From: Actinomycetes bacterium
GTDB lineage: Bacteria; Actinomycetota; Acidimicrobiia; Acidimicrobiales; Palsa-688
Length of the DNA stretch: 64,000 nt
Direction of reading: 5' to 3'
Assembly: GCA_021828475.1 (NCBI GenBank)
Contig: JAJZIY010000012.1
Coordinates: 1,010-65,009 of the forward strand
The stretch's first letter is position 1, and each line of letters opens with the position of its first letter. Made by a program: the position numbers and the translations under genes. The notes under the pieces were generated by a model. The model was not told where the DNA came from, ran no database searches, and worked only from the letters and a program-made list of their open reading frames with translations. This document shows positions 39,759-48,757 of the stretch, piece by piece.

Positions 39759-39832
39759 TGGAGCCCGGGAGGAGGATCGAACTCCTATCGCCTGATTACA
39801 AGGCAGGTGCTCTACCATTGAGCTACCCGGGC
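39759..39832 (-). tRNA. tRNA-Thr (anticodon UGU), CCA encoded
   Basis: Manual cloverleaf: GCCCGGG-TA-GCTC-AATGGTA-GAGC-A-CCTGC-CTTGTAA-TCAGG-CGAT-AGGAG-TTCGATC-CTCCT-CCCGGGC-T-CCA. The acceptor, D and T stems are perfect. There is one C-U mismatch at 31:39 and a 4-nt variable loop. Confidence 0.85.
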
Positions 39833-39932
39833 CGGCGGTGTCCCGCCCCGAAGAGCATGCCGCATCGGAGTGCGCCCTGCCACCCCTGGAGGATCCTTGA
39901 TCGCGCGGGGTACCGGTGGCAGGGTGGCTGTG

Positions 39933-40193
39933 ATGGTTCTGTGCGAACGTGACCGGACGGTGCTCGACATCGAGCGGACCTGGTGGCTCGAGGGTCGTAC
40001 CAAGACCGAGGTGGTGCGCACCCGGCTGGCCGTGTCGCTGGCGCGTTACAACCAGATGCTCGCTGAGCTTGTGGCCATGCCGGAGGCCGAGGACTACGAT
40101 CCACTGGTTGTGCGTCGCGTTAGAAGGGCCAAGGACCGCCGGCGCTGGGCGATGATGGGCTCTCGGCCCGCCGGCTGGCACCGCCCGAGATGA
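39933..40193 (+). CDS. DUF3263 domain-containing protein
   Basis: Starts at ATG 39933: MVLCERDRTVLDIERTWWLEGRTKTEVVRTRLAVSLARYNQMLAELV...DPLVVRRVRRAKDRR. Confidence 0.75.
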   Translation: MVLCERDRTVLDIERTWWLEGRTKTEVVRTRLAVSLARYNQMLAELVAMPEAEDYDPLVVRRVRRAKDRRRWAMMGSRPAGWHRPR

Positions 40194-40798
40194 GCGATCA
40201 GGCTCCCGCGCCGCCCTCGGCCGGCGGGCGGCCGCCCGCCGGGCCTGGCGGCGGGCACCCTGCGGCGCTGGCCAAGCCGTTCAGGGCTTTCCTCGTCGTG
40301 CTCGTGGCCCTTGTCGTGGGGGTGGCCGTGCTGGCTCGCCAGGGCAGCGCTCCCAAGGTCACCGCGGCCACCGAGCCGAGCACGACGGTCGCTCACAATG
40401 CGCGCGTGACGACGACGGTGCCCGCCACGACACTGCCGCCGACGACCACCACGACCGTCCCTCCGTCCTCTGTCAAGGTGCTGGTGCTCAACGGGTGGAC
40501 AACCGCCCACGGGGCGCTCTACTTCCAGAAGAAGCTGCAGGGGGAGGGCTACGACACGCTGGCTCCCTACAACGCCACGTCGTCGTCGATCAAGACCTCG
40601 CAGGTGCTCTATGCCAGCTCGCCGTACCGGGTCAATGCCGCCGACATCGCACGGCAGCTCCAGGTGCCGGCGTCGGGCGTGCGCCTGGCGTCACCGTCGG
40701 ACGCCTCCGCCGTGCCCTCCAACCTGCTCGGCCAGGCCGAGGTGATCGTAGTGATCGGGGAGGACATCTCCAACCAGGTCCCGGCCAACTACACGTGA
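40190..40798 (+). CDS. LytR_C (LytR cell-envelope-related C-terminal) domain membrane protein
   Basis: ATGA overlap with the upstream gene. One TM segment, a Thr-rich linker TTTVPATTLPPTTTTTVPP, then VKVLVLNGWTTAHGALYFQKKLQGEGY. Confidence 0.75.
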   Translation: MSDQAPAPPSAGGRPPAGPGGGHPAALAKPFRAFLVVLVALVVGVAVLARQGSAPKVTAATEPSTTVAHNARVTTTVPATTLPPTTTTTVPPSSVKVLVLNGWTTAHGALYFQKKLQGEGYDTLAPYNATSSSIKTSQVLYASSPYRVNAADIARQLQVPASGVRLASPSDASAVPSNLLGQAEVIVVIGEDISNQVPANYT

Positions 40799-40811
40799 CC
40801 GGGGGCGGCGG

Positions 40812-41630
40812 GTGAGCGGGCCCCCGTCGCTTGTGGACTGGTCGGCGTGGTGGGAGCATCCCGGGCGCTCCGGGGTGCTGACGGACTTCGACGGGACTCT
40901 CTCGGCGATCGTGGAGGACCCGTCCCGTGCTGTCGCCCTGCCCGGGGTCAGGCAAGTGCTGGCCAGGCTGGCTGCCAGCCTGGGGATGGTCGCTGTCGTC
41001 TCGGGCAGGCCGGTGGCGTACCTGGGCAGCCGGCTGCCCGACCTGCCCCGTGTTGCGCTGTTCGGTCTCTACGGCCTGGAGTCACTGTGCGGCGGTCGGC
41101 TGGAGGTTGCTCCCGCCGCCCTGGCATGGCAGGAGGCGGTCTCGGGCACTGCCGAGCGGGCGGCGGCGGAAGCACCTCCGGGTGTCGACGTCGAACGCAA
41201 GGGCCTCGCCGTGGCCCTGCACGTCCGGCGGCACCCCGAGCTGGCCGGCTGGGTGGCCGCATGGGCGGCCGAGGCAGCGGCCGCCACGGGGTTGCTCGCC
41301 CAGCACGGACGGCTCTCGGTGGAGCTGCTGCCCCCTCTGAGGGCCGACAAAGGCACCGTCGTCGAGGGCGTGGCGGGTGACCTCGACGCGGTTTGCTTCG
41401 TCGGCGACGACACCGCCGACCTGCCTGCCTTCGCTGCCTTGAGCAAGGCACGCCGAGAGGGCAAGACGACCCTCGCCATTGGTGCAAGCAGCGCAGAGCA
41501 ACCCGAAGGGCTCGCCCGGGTGGTCGACGTGATGGTCGAGGGGCCGAAGGGGGCTCTCGCGGTCCTGAGACAGCTCGCCGACGGTCTCGCCGACAGGGGA
41601 AGCGGCCGCCGTCGGGACACACCGGCCTGA
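40812..41630 (+). CDS. otsB: trehalose-phosphatase (HAD)
   Basis: Contains VLTDFDGTLSAIV, SGRP and FVGDDTADLPAF. Confidence 0.85.
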   Translation: MSGPPSLVDWSAWWEHPGRSGVLTDFDGTLSAIVEDPSRAVALPGVRQVLARLAASLGMVAVVSGRPVAYLGSRLPDLPRVALFGLYGLESLCGGRLEVAPAALAWQEAVSGTAERAAAEAPPGVDVERKGLAVALHVRRHPELAGWVAAWAAEAAAATGLLAQHGRLSVELLPPLRADKGTVVEGVAGDLDAVCFVGDDTADLPAFAALSKARREGKTTLAIGASSAEQPEGLARVVDVMVEGPKGALAVLRQLADGLADRGSGRRRDTPA

Positions 41631-41661
41631 CCCGGCCCTCGGCACCGGCGGGAGGGCCGGG
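41631..41661. terminator. 10-bp hairpin (CCCGGCCCTC-N11-GAGGGCCGGG) between convergent otsB and gpgS
   Basis: Read directly in the sequence. Confidence 0.4.
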
Positions 41662-41704
41662 ATGCTCGGCGGGCCGGAGGCCAGGCGGGCCGCGGCCGGG
41701 CGCC

Positions 41705-42517
41705 TCAGTGCGGCGGCGGCCAGCCTGCCCGGGCGAGGATCGTGCGGATGACGGTCTCGGATTGGGGGGACAGCTCTGCCAGGGGGCGGTTGCGGTGGCG
41801 GCGCTCGCCCAGGTCGCACTGGCCCAGCGCTGCGAGCCCGTAACTGCTCGCCAGGTCGACCAGCATGGCGACCTCGACCCCGTAGCCCGGCTCGAAGTCG
41901 AGCTTCTCCAGGGGCGCCCGGCGCCCGGCGACTTCGCCGGCCAGGGGCTGGTCGAAGGCGGCCAGCTGGGGGAACAGGATGCGCAGGAGCGGTTTGGCGG
42001 CCAGCTCGGTGACCCGTCCTCCCTCTCCGGGGCGGTCTGCCAGCGGCCGCCTGTAGGAGGCCTTCACGAAGACCAGGTCAGGGTCGGACAGCAGGGGCCC
42101 GACCAGGCCGACGACGAAGCCCGGATCGAACCCCTCGATGTCGGCGTCCAGATAAACCACGATGTCGCCACGTGTCTGGTCCAGGCCGCTGCGCATGGCC
42201 CGGCCCTTGCCGGCGGCGCGCTGGGCGACGACGACGGCACCCGCCTCCCTTGCCACCCGTGCGGTCGAGTCGGTCGAGCCGTCGTCCACCACCACCAGTT
42301 CGTCGACCAGCCGGTAACGCTCCATCAGCTCGGCGCGTACCGCCCCAGCGACCCGGCCGACGGTCGCCGCCTCGTTGCGCGCCGGGATGCACACCGAGAT
42401 GCCGGTCGCCGCTTCCTGCTTGAGGGCAGCCAGTCTCCCGGCGGCGAACGAGCCGCCGTGGTAGCTCCTCAGCACCCGCCCACTCTGCCACGCCGTCGTG
42501 CCATGCCGTCGTGCCAT
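41705..42517 (-). CDS. gpgS: glucosyl-3-phosphoglycerate synthase (GT81)
   Basis: Contains ISVCIPARNEAATV, VVVDDGSTDST, VYLDADI and TELAAKPLL. I prefer ATG 42517 (MARRHGTTAWQ), because the track start 42595 would run into the riboswitch. Confidence 0.85.
   Translation of the reverse strand: MARRHGTTAWQSGRVLRSYHGGSFAAGRLAALKQEAATGISVCIPARNEAATVGRVAGAVRAELMERYRLVDELVVVDDGSTDSTARVAREAGAVVVAQRAAGKGRAMRSGLDQTRGDIVVYLDADIEGFDPGFVVGLVGPLLSDPDLVFVKASYRRPLADRPGEGGRVTELAAKPLLRILFPQLAAFDQPLAGEVAGRRAPLEKLDFEPGYGVEVAMLVDLASSYGLAALGQCDLGERRHRNRPLAELSPQSETVIRTILARAGWPPPH
42492..42517. repeat. 13-nt perfect tandem duplication GCCGTCGTGCCAT x2 (plus a 5-nt partial third copy) spanning the gpgS start
   Basis: 42492..42504 and 42505..42517 are identical. 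This creates two ATGs (minus strand) 13 nt apart, hence in different frames. Confidence 0.9.
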
Positions 42518-42591
42518 GCCGTGATCCGAGGGCCTGCGCCGCGAGGTAACGGCTGGCGGGACTTTCGCACCGGTCCTAACATTGGGGTACA

Positions 42592-42692
42592 TCATCCAGA
42601 GCGGCTGAGGGACGGGCCCGACGACGCCGCGGCAACCAGTGAGCTCGGCCGTTGGGCGGGGCGGCGCATGGTGCCAATGCCCGAGCCGATGA
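42592..42692 (+). promoter_or_regulatory. SAM riboswitch aptamer (SAM-I core without P4; SAM-IV or SAM-I/IV-like)
   Basis: UCAUCCAGAGCGGCUGAGGGACGGGCCCGACGACGCCGCGGCAACC-N32-GGUGCCAAUGCCCGAGCCGAUGA matches the conserved SAM-I core nearly base for base. The P1 3' strand abuts SD GAGGAGG (42691..42697) and GTG 42702. Confidence 0.75.
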
Positions 42693-42701
42693 GGAGGCAG
42701 T

Positions 42702-43943
42702 GTGCCGTTCGTTGAGGGACTTCGTTGTCGTGAGTGTGCGCGCTCCTATCCCGCCGAGGCGCTGCACGTCTGCGAGTGGTGCTTCGGCCCGCTCGAAGTG
42801 GTCTACGACTACGAGGCGATCACCGCTTCGACGTCGCGCCAGCGCATAGCCGCCGGCCCGAGGACCATCTGGCGCTATGCCGACCTGCTGCCCGCCGGGG
42901 CGGAGGGCGCCGTCGACCTCGGTGCGGGCATGACACCGCTGCTTCGCGCCGACCGCCTCGGTGCCGAGCTCGGCCTGTCGGACCTGTGGGTGAAGAACGA
43001 CACGGTCAACCCGACCGGCTCGTTCAAGGACCGGGTCGTGTCTGTGGCGTTGACCAGGGCGCGCGAGCTCGGCTTCAAGGTCGCCGCCTGCGCCTCCACC
43101 GGCAACCTGGCCAACTCCGTGGCCGCCCATGCGGCCAGGGCGGGCATGCGTTCGGTGGTGTGCATCCCCGCCGACCTCGAGGTACCCAAGGTGGTGAGCA
43201 CCGGCGTCTTCGGGGGCTACCTGGTCGCGCTCAACGGCAACTACGACGACGTCAACCGGCTGTGTGCCGAGCTGGCGAGCGAGTACCCCACGTGGGCTTT
43301 CGTCAACGTCAACGTGCGCAGCTACTACGCCGAGGGCTCCAAGACCCTGGCTTTCGAGGTCGCCGAGCAGCTCGGCTGGCGTGCTCCCGACCACGTCGTC
43401 GTCCCGATCGCCTCCGGCAGCCAGCTCACGAAGATCGCCAAGGGCTTCCGCGAGCTCCACAAGGTCGGTTTGCTCGACGACGAGCCTCATGTGCGCATCT
43501 CGGGAGCCCAGGCGGCCGGGTGTTCGCCCGTGGCCGACGCCTTCGCCAGCGGGGCGGACTTCGTGAAACCGGTGAAGCCGACGGGCATCGCCAAGTCCCT
43601 CGCCATCGGGAACCCGGCGGACGGGGGGTACGCCCTCGACGAGGTCAGGCGTTCGGGTGGTGCCATCGGCGCGGTCACCGACGAGGAGATCGTGGAGGGC
43701 ATCAAGCTCCTCGCCCGGACCGAGGGCGTCTTCGCCGAGACGGCCGGCGGTGTGACCGTCGCCGTGCTGGCCAAGCTCGCCGCCGCAGGCGTGGTCAAGC
43801 CCAACGAGAGAGTGGTCGCCTACATCACGGGCAACGGCCTGAAGACGCTGGACGCGGTGGCAGCCACCTGCGGGCCGACGGTGACGGTGGCGCCAAACCT
43901 CGAAGCCTTCCAGGCCGCCGTGCACGTGGCAGACTGGCAGTGA
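42702..43943 (+). CDS. threonine synthase homologue (PLP fold type II) with an N-terminal CxxC-x11-CxxC zinc ribbon; candidate sulfur-carrier-dependent homocysteine synthase
   Basis: Contains MPFVEGLRCRECARSYPAEALHVCEWC and the PLP lysine motif TGSFKDRVVS. 413 aa. It lies downstream of the SAM riboswitch and upstream of a MoaD-like gene. Confidence 0.85.
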   Translation: MPFVEGLRCRECARSYPAEALHVCEWCFGPLEVVYDYEAITASTSRQRIAAGPRTIWRYADLLPAGAEGAVDLGAGMTPLLRADRLGAELGLSDLWVKNDTVNPTGSFKDRVVSVALTRARELGFKVAACASTGNLANSVAAHAARAGMRSVVCIPADLEVPKVVSTGVFGGYLVALNGNYDDVNRLCAELASEYPTWAFVNVNVRSYYAEGSKTLAFEVAEQLGWRAPDHVVVPIASGSQLTKIAKGFRELHKVGLLDDEPHVRISGAQAAGCSPVADAFASGADFVKPVKPTGIAKSLAIGNPADGGYALDEVRRSGGAIGAVTDEEIVEGIKLLARTEGVFAETAGGVTVAVLAKLAAAGVVKPNERVVAYITGNGLKTLDAVAATCGPTVTVAPNLEAFQAAVHVADWQ

Positions 43944-44016
43944 CCACCTCGCCGGCCGCCCGGGCGTCGCTGGTGGTCGCTTGCCGGTTCCCGTACCTCT
44001 CAGGAGACACGCCCAG

Positions 44017-44295
44017 ATGAGCGTCAAAGTCCGTATCCCCACCCAGCTCAGGTCCCTTTCCGGCGGCGCAGGCGAGGTGGAGGTGGAGGCGGCGACCGTG
44101 GGGGACGCCCTCCGGGCGCTCGACTCCGCTCACCCCGGTTTCGCTGAGCGCCTGTTCGACGAGGGTGGCGGACTGCGCAGGTTCGTCAACGTCTTCATGG
44201 GCGAGGAGGACATCCGGTTCCTCGACGGCCTGGGGACGCCGACGCCGTCGGGCTGCACCGTCTCCGTCGTGCCTGCCGTCGCCGGCGGACAGTAG
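44017..44295 (+). CDS. MoaD/ThiS/CysO-like sulfur-carrier protein ending ...VPAVAGGQ
   Basis: ATG 44017 follows CAGGAGA. 92 aa: MSVKVRIPTQLRSLSGGAGEVEVEAATVGDALRAL...VSVVPAVAGGQ. It has a beta-grasp-like length and a GG motif with one extra residue. Confidence 0.8.
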   Translation: MSVKVRIPTQLRSLSGGAGEVEVEAATVGDALRALDSAHPGFAERLFDEGGGLRRFVNVFMGEEDIRFLDGLGTPTPSGCTVSVVPAVAGGQ

Positions 44296-44411
44296 GGGCC
44301 GCCCAGGGGCTGCCGGCCCCGGCCACCCACCACCGCCCGGGGGCCGGTCCCGTCGCTTTTTCAGCCCTCCGAGGCGCAGCTTGCGCGCGAACCGCCCGTT
44401 GCGGTGTACTG

Positions 44412-46111
<1,700 letters not shown>

Positions 46112-46134
46112 GCCGCCCAGTTTGCCCGCTGTTG

Positions 46135-46164
46135 CCGGCGCCCCTCCCTCGGGAGGGGCGCCGG
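46135..46164 (+). terminator. 13-bp GC hairpin after groEL (CCGGCGCCCCTCC-CTCG-GGAGGGGCGCCGG)
   Basis: Perfect inverted repeat 24 nt after the groEL stop. Confidence 0.5.
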
Positions 46165-46312
46165 CGCGTCCGGGCGGGCACCCGGCTCCACCAGGGCCGG
46201 GTGGCAGTCATGGGTGCTGCGCCGACCTACCTCGCGACAGAGCTTGCAGCGGGGCCGCTCAGGGGCAGTATCCTCGAGCATGCAGGAGCGCCTGCGTCAG
46301 GAGGTGCCTTCG

Positions 46313-46810
46313 ATGGCTGAGCACGGTCCGGCAGGTCCGGTCGGCGACGGGCTCCCCCCGCCGCCGGCAAGGCCGGAGGCTGATGCAGGCGGCGCCGCTT
46401 CGCAGCTGGCGGTGCCGTTGTCGACGCCCGGCACCGGCAGTACCAAGGCGCCCGTGCCCGGGGGGGTAGCACCACCCGGGGAGGCGGGGACAACCGGGCC
46501 TGGCCCGGAAGCACCCTCGACGACCAGGGCGAGCGCCACCTGGACCGCTGTAGCCCTCGGCATGGTGTTCCTGGTGGTGGTCGTGGTCTTCATCCTCGAA
46601 AACCTTCAGGACGTCAAGGTGACCTTCTTCGGTGCCAGCTGGCGGGTCCCGCTGGCCATCGACCTGCTCCTGGCTGCTGTCCTGGGTGGGGCGGTGGTGT
46701 TCAGCGCCGGGGCTGTCAGGCTGCTCCAGTTGCGGGTGCGGAGCCGGCGCACGAAGCGCCAGTCGGCCCCTTCTTCGCGGCGCAGGTTGCGGGCGCACCC
46801 CGGCCGGTGA
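46313..46810 (+). CDS. LapA/DUF1049-like membrane protein with a disordered N-terminus
   Basis: ATG 46313 lies 8 nt after AGGAGG. Contains WTAVALGMVFLVVVVVFILENLQDVKVTFFGASWRVPLAIDLLLAAVLGGAVVF. Confidence 0.6.
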   Translation: MAEHGPAGPVGDGLPPPPARPEADAGGAASQLAVPLSTPGTGSTKAPVPGGVAPPGEAGTTGPGPEAPSTTRASATWTAVALGMVFLVVVVVFILENLQDVKVTFFGASWRVPLAIDLLLAAVLGGAVVFSAGAVRLLQLRVRSRRTKRQSAPSSRRRLRAHPGR

Positions 46811-46909
46811 GCGGTCGGGGCCGTCGATGACCGGATGGCGCCCGGCAGTGGCCCGGCCGGTACCGGTGGCGGCCTGCAGCCGTCGGCAACCGCCGTAGCA
46901 TTGGCTTCG

Positions 46910-47611
46910 ATGAGCATGATGCCGTTGTCGCCCGCCGAGGGATGGGGCGTTCTCCACCTCTTCTTCAAGACGTCGCCCGCCGTGGACTCCGAGGCGGTGA
47001 CGGCCGCCGTCAAGTGGGCGGAGGGCTCCGGCCTCGAGGTTGTCTGCTTTGCCGTGCTGGGCCACAAGGCGGACATGGCGGCGATGCTGCTCGGGCCCGA
47101 CCTGGTGGCCCTGCGGCGGGCCCAGAGCGCTCTGTGCGCAGCCGGCCTCGAGCTGACCGGCTCCTATCTCTCGCTCACGGAGGTGTCCGAGTACGCCAAG
47201 GGGATGCCGGCCGAGCGGCTGGAGCCGCGCCTGCACCCCAAGCTGCCGCCCGAGGGCAAGCGGGCCGTCTGCTTCTACCCGATGTCCAAGCGGCGCGACG
47301 GTGATGACAACTGGTACAGGCTCGACTACGACTCGCGCCTCTCGCTCATGTACGAGCACGGGGCCAGCGGGCGCAAGTTCGCGGGCCGGGTCCTGCAACT
47401 CGTGACCGGCTCAACAGGTCTGGACGACTACGAGTGGGGCGTGACACTGTTCGCCAACACCCCCGACGACCTCAAGCAGTGTGTGTACTCGATGCGCTTC
47501 GACGAGGCGTCGGCGCGCTTTGGCGACTTCGGCCCGTTCTACACAGGCGTCGTCGGGCCTGTGGAGCAGGTCCTGGCTGCCTGTGGGCTCCTGCCCGGCA
47601 ACGAGCCGTGA
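46910..47611 (+). CDS. hemQ: coproheme decarboxylase / chlorite-dismutase family protein
   Basis: Contains GWGVLHLFFK, VCFYPMSKRR, NWYRL and YSMRFDEASARFG. The start is uncertain (46835 or 46910). Confidence 0.85.
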   Translation: MSMMPLSPAEGWGVLHLFFKTSPAVDSEAVTAAVKWAEGSGLEVVCFAVLGHKADMAAMLLGPDLVALRRAQSALCAAGLELTGSYLSLTEVSEYAKGMPAERLEPRLHPKLPPEGKRAVCFYPMSKRRDGDDNWYRLDYDSRLSLMYEHGASGRKFAGRVLQLVTGSTGLDDYEWGVTLFANTPDDLKQCVYSMRFDEASARFGDFGPFYTGVVGPVEQVLAACGLLPGNEP

Positions 47612-48498
47612 CCGCCGCTTCTGTCGTCGACGTCCACCTCCAGCAACTCCGGGACCAGCTGGCGGCCCTGGGGCCCGTGGTCGTCGCCTTCAGCGGGGGC
47701 GCTGACTCCGCCTTCCTGGCATTCGCGGCCCACCAGGTCCTGGGCTCCTGCGGGGCGATGGCCGTGACGGCTGTGTCGGCGTCGCTGGCTCCGACGGAGC
47801 TCGAGGACTGTCGGGCGCTGGCCGCCGAGTGGGGCCTCAACTATCGCGAGGTCGAGACCAGCGAGACGGCGAAGCCCGCCTACATAGCCAACGGAGGCGA
47901 CAGGTGCTGGCACTGCAAAGACGAGCTGATGCGCTGTGTCGCTCCAGTGGCCGCAGCCTTCTCGCAGGCCTCTCCGAAGGCCGGCAGCAGGCCGGACGGC
48001 TCCCCGCCCGCCCGGGTGCTGCTCGGGGTAAACCTCGACGACCTGGGTGAGTACCGGCCCGGCCAGGCGGCGGCGCAGGCTGCGGGCGCGGTGTTCCCCC
48101 TCGTCGAAGCCGGTTTCACCAAGACAATGGTGCGAGAAGCCTCACGCCTGCTCGGTCTGCGGACCTGGGACAAGCCGGCCGCGGCCTGCCTGGCGTCGCG
48201 GGTCCCTTACGGCACACCGGTCAGTCTCGGCACGCTGAGCGCTGTCGCCAAGGCCGAAGCGGGCCTGCGCTCGCTCGGGTTCCGTTCGCTGCGGGTGCGC
48301 CACTACGGGGACACGGCCCGGGTAGAGCTCCCCCTCTCGGACCTGGGCAGGGCGCTTGACGAGCGTGAGGATCTTGTCCGAGCCGTACGCGCTGCCGGCT
48401 ACCGGTACGTGACCCTCGACCTGGAAGGGCTGCGCTCGGGTAACCTCAACGCCGCCCTGGGCGACCCGGGCACCACCCGCCAGGAGGTAGCCAAGTGA
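47608..48498 (+). CDS. LarE-like PP-loop ATP pyrophosphatase (three-Cys type)
   Basis: GTG 47608 overlaps the hemQ stop (GTGA). Contains the PP-loop VAFSGGADSAF, DRCWHCKDEL and PAAACLASRVPYG. Confidence 0.8.
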   Translation: MTAASVVDVHLQQLRDQLAALGPVVVAFSGGADSAFLAFAAHQVLGSCGAMAVTAVSASLAPTELEDCRALAAEWGLNYREVETSETAKPAYIANGGDRCWHCKDELMRCVAPVAAAFSQASPKAGSRPDGSPPARVLLGVNLDDLGEYRPGQAAAQAAGAVFPLVEAGFTKTMVREASRLLGLRTWDKPAAACLASRVPYGTPVSLGTLSAVAKAEAGLRSLGFRSLRVRHYGDTARVELPLSDLGRALDEREDLVRAVRAAGYRYVTLDLEGLRSGNLNAALGDPGTTRQEVAK

Positions 48499-48740
48499 CA
48501 CCGACATCCGTGCGCGCCCGTTTGACGTTCCCAGAGGTACTGGTCGGCGAGCCGGTCATATCGCGTCTGGCCCTCGACTACGGCGTGACGGCCAACATCC
48601 GCCGGGCCAATGTCGAGGAGCACGCCGGGTGGATCGTCTGCGAGCTTGCGGGGGAGCGCGAAAGGCTCGACGAGGCCGTGGAATGGCTCGAGGGCCACGG
48701 CATCAAGGTGGACTGGCTGGGCGGCGGCGTCGAGAGCTGA
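48495..48740 (+). CDS. stand-alone NIL domain protein (81 aa)
   Basis: GTG 48495 overlaps the LarE-like stop (GTGA). Sequence: RLTFPEVLVGEPVISRLALDYGVTANIRRANVEEHAGWIVCELAGERERLDEAVEWLEGHGIKVD. Confidence 0.75.
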   Translation: MTPTSVRARLTFPEVLVGEPVISRLALDYGVTANIRRANVEEHAGWIVCELAGERERLDEAVEWLEGHGIKVDWLGGGVES

Positions 48741-48757
48741 CCGCGCCGCCGGGGCCG

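Noticed and set aside
44296-44411. Intrinsic terminator with a T5 tract (gtcgctttttcag) after the MoaD-like gene
   Set aside because: The preceding stem is only ~4 bp (CGGG/CCCG). That is too weak to call, although the T-run is rare in this genome.
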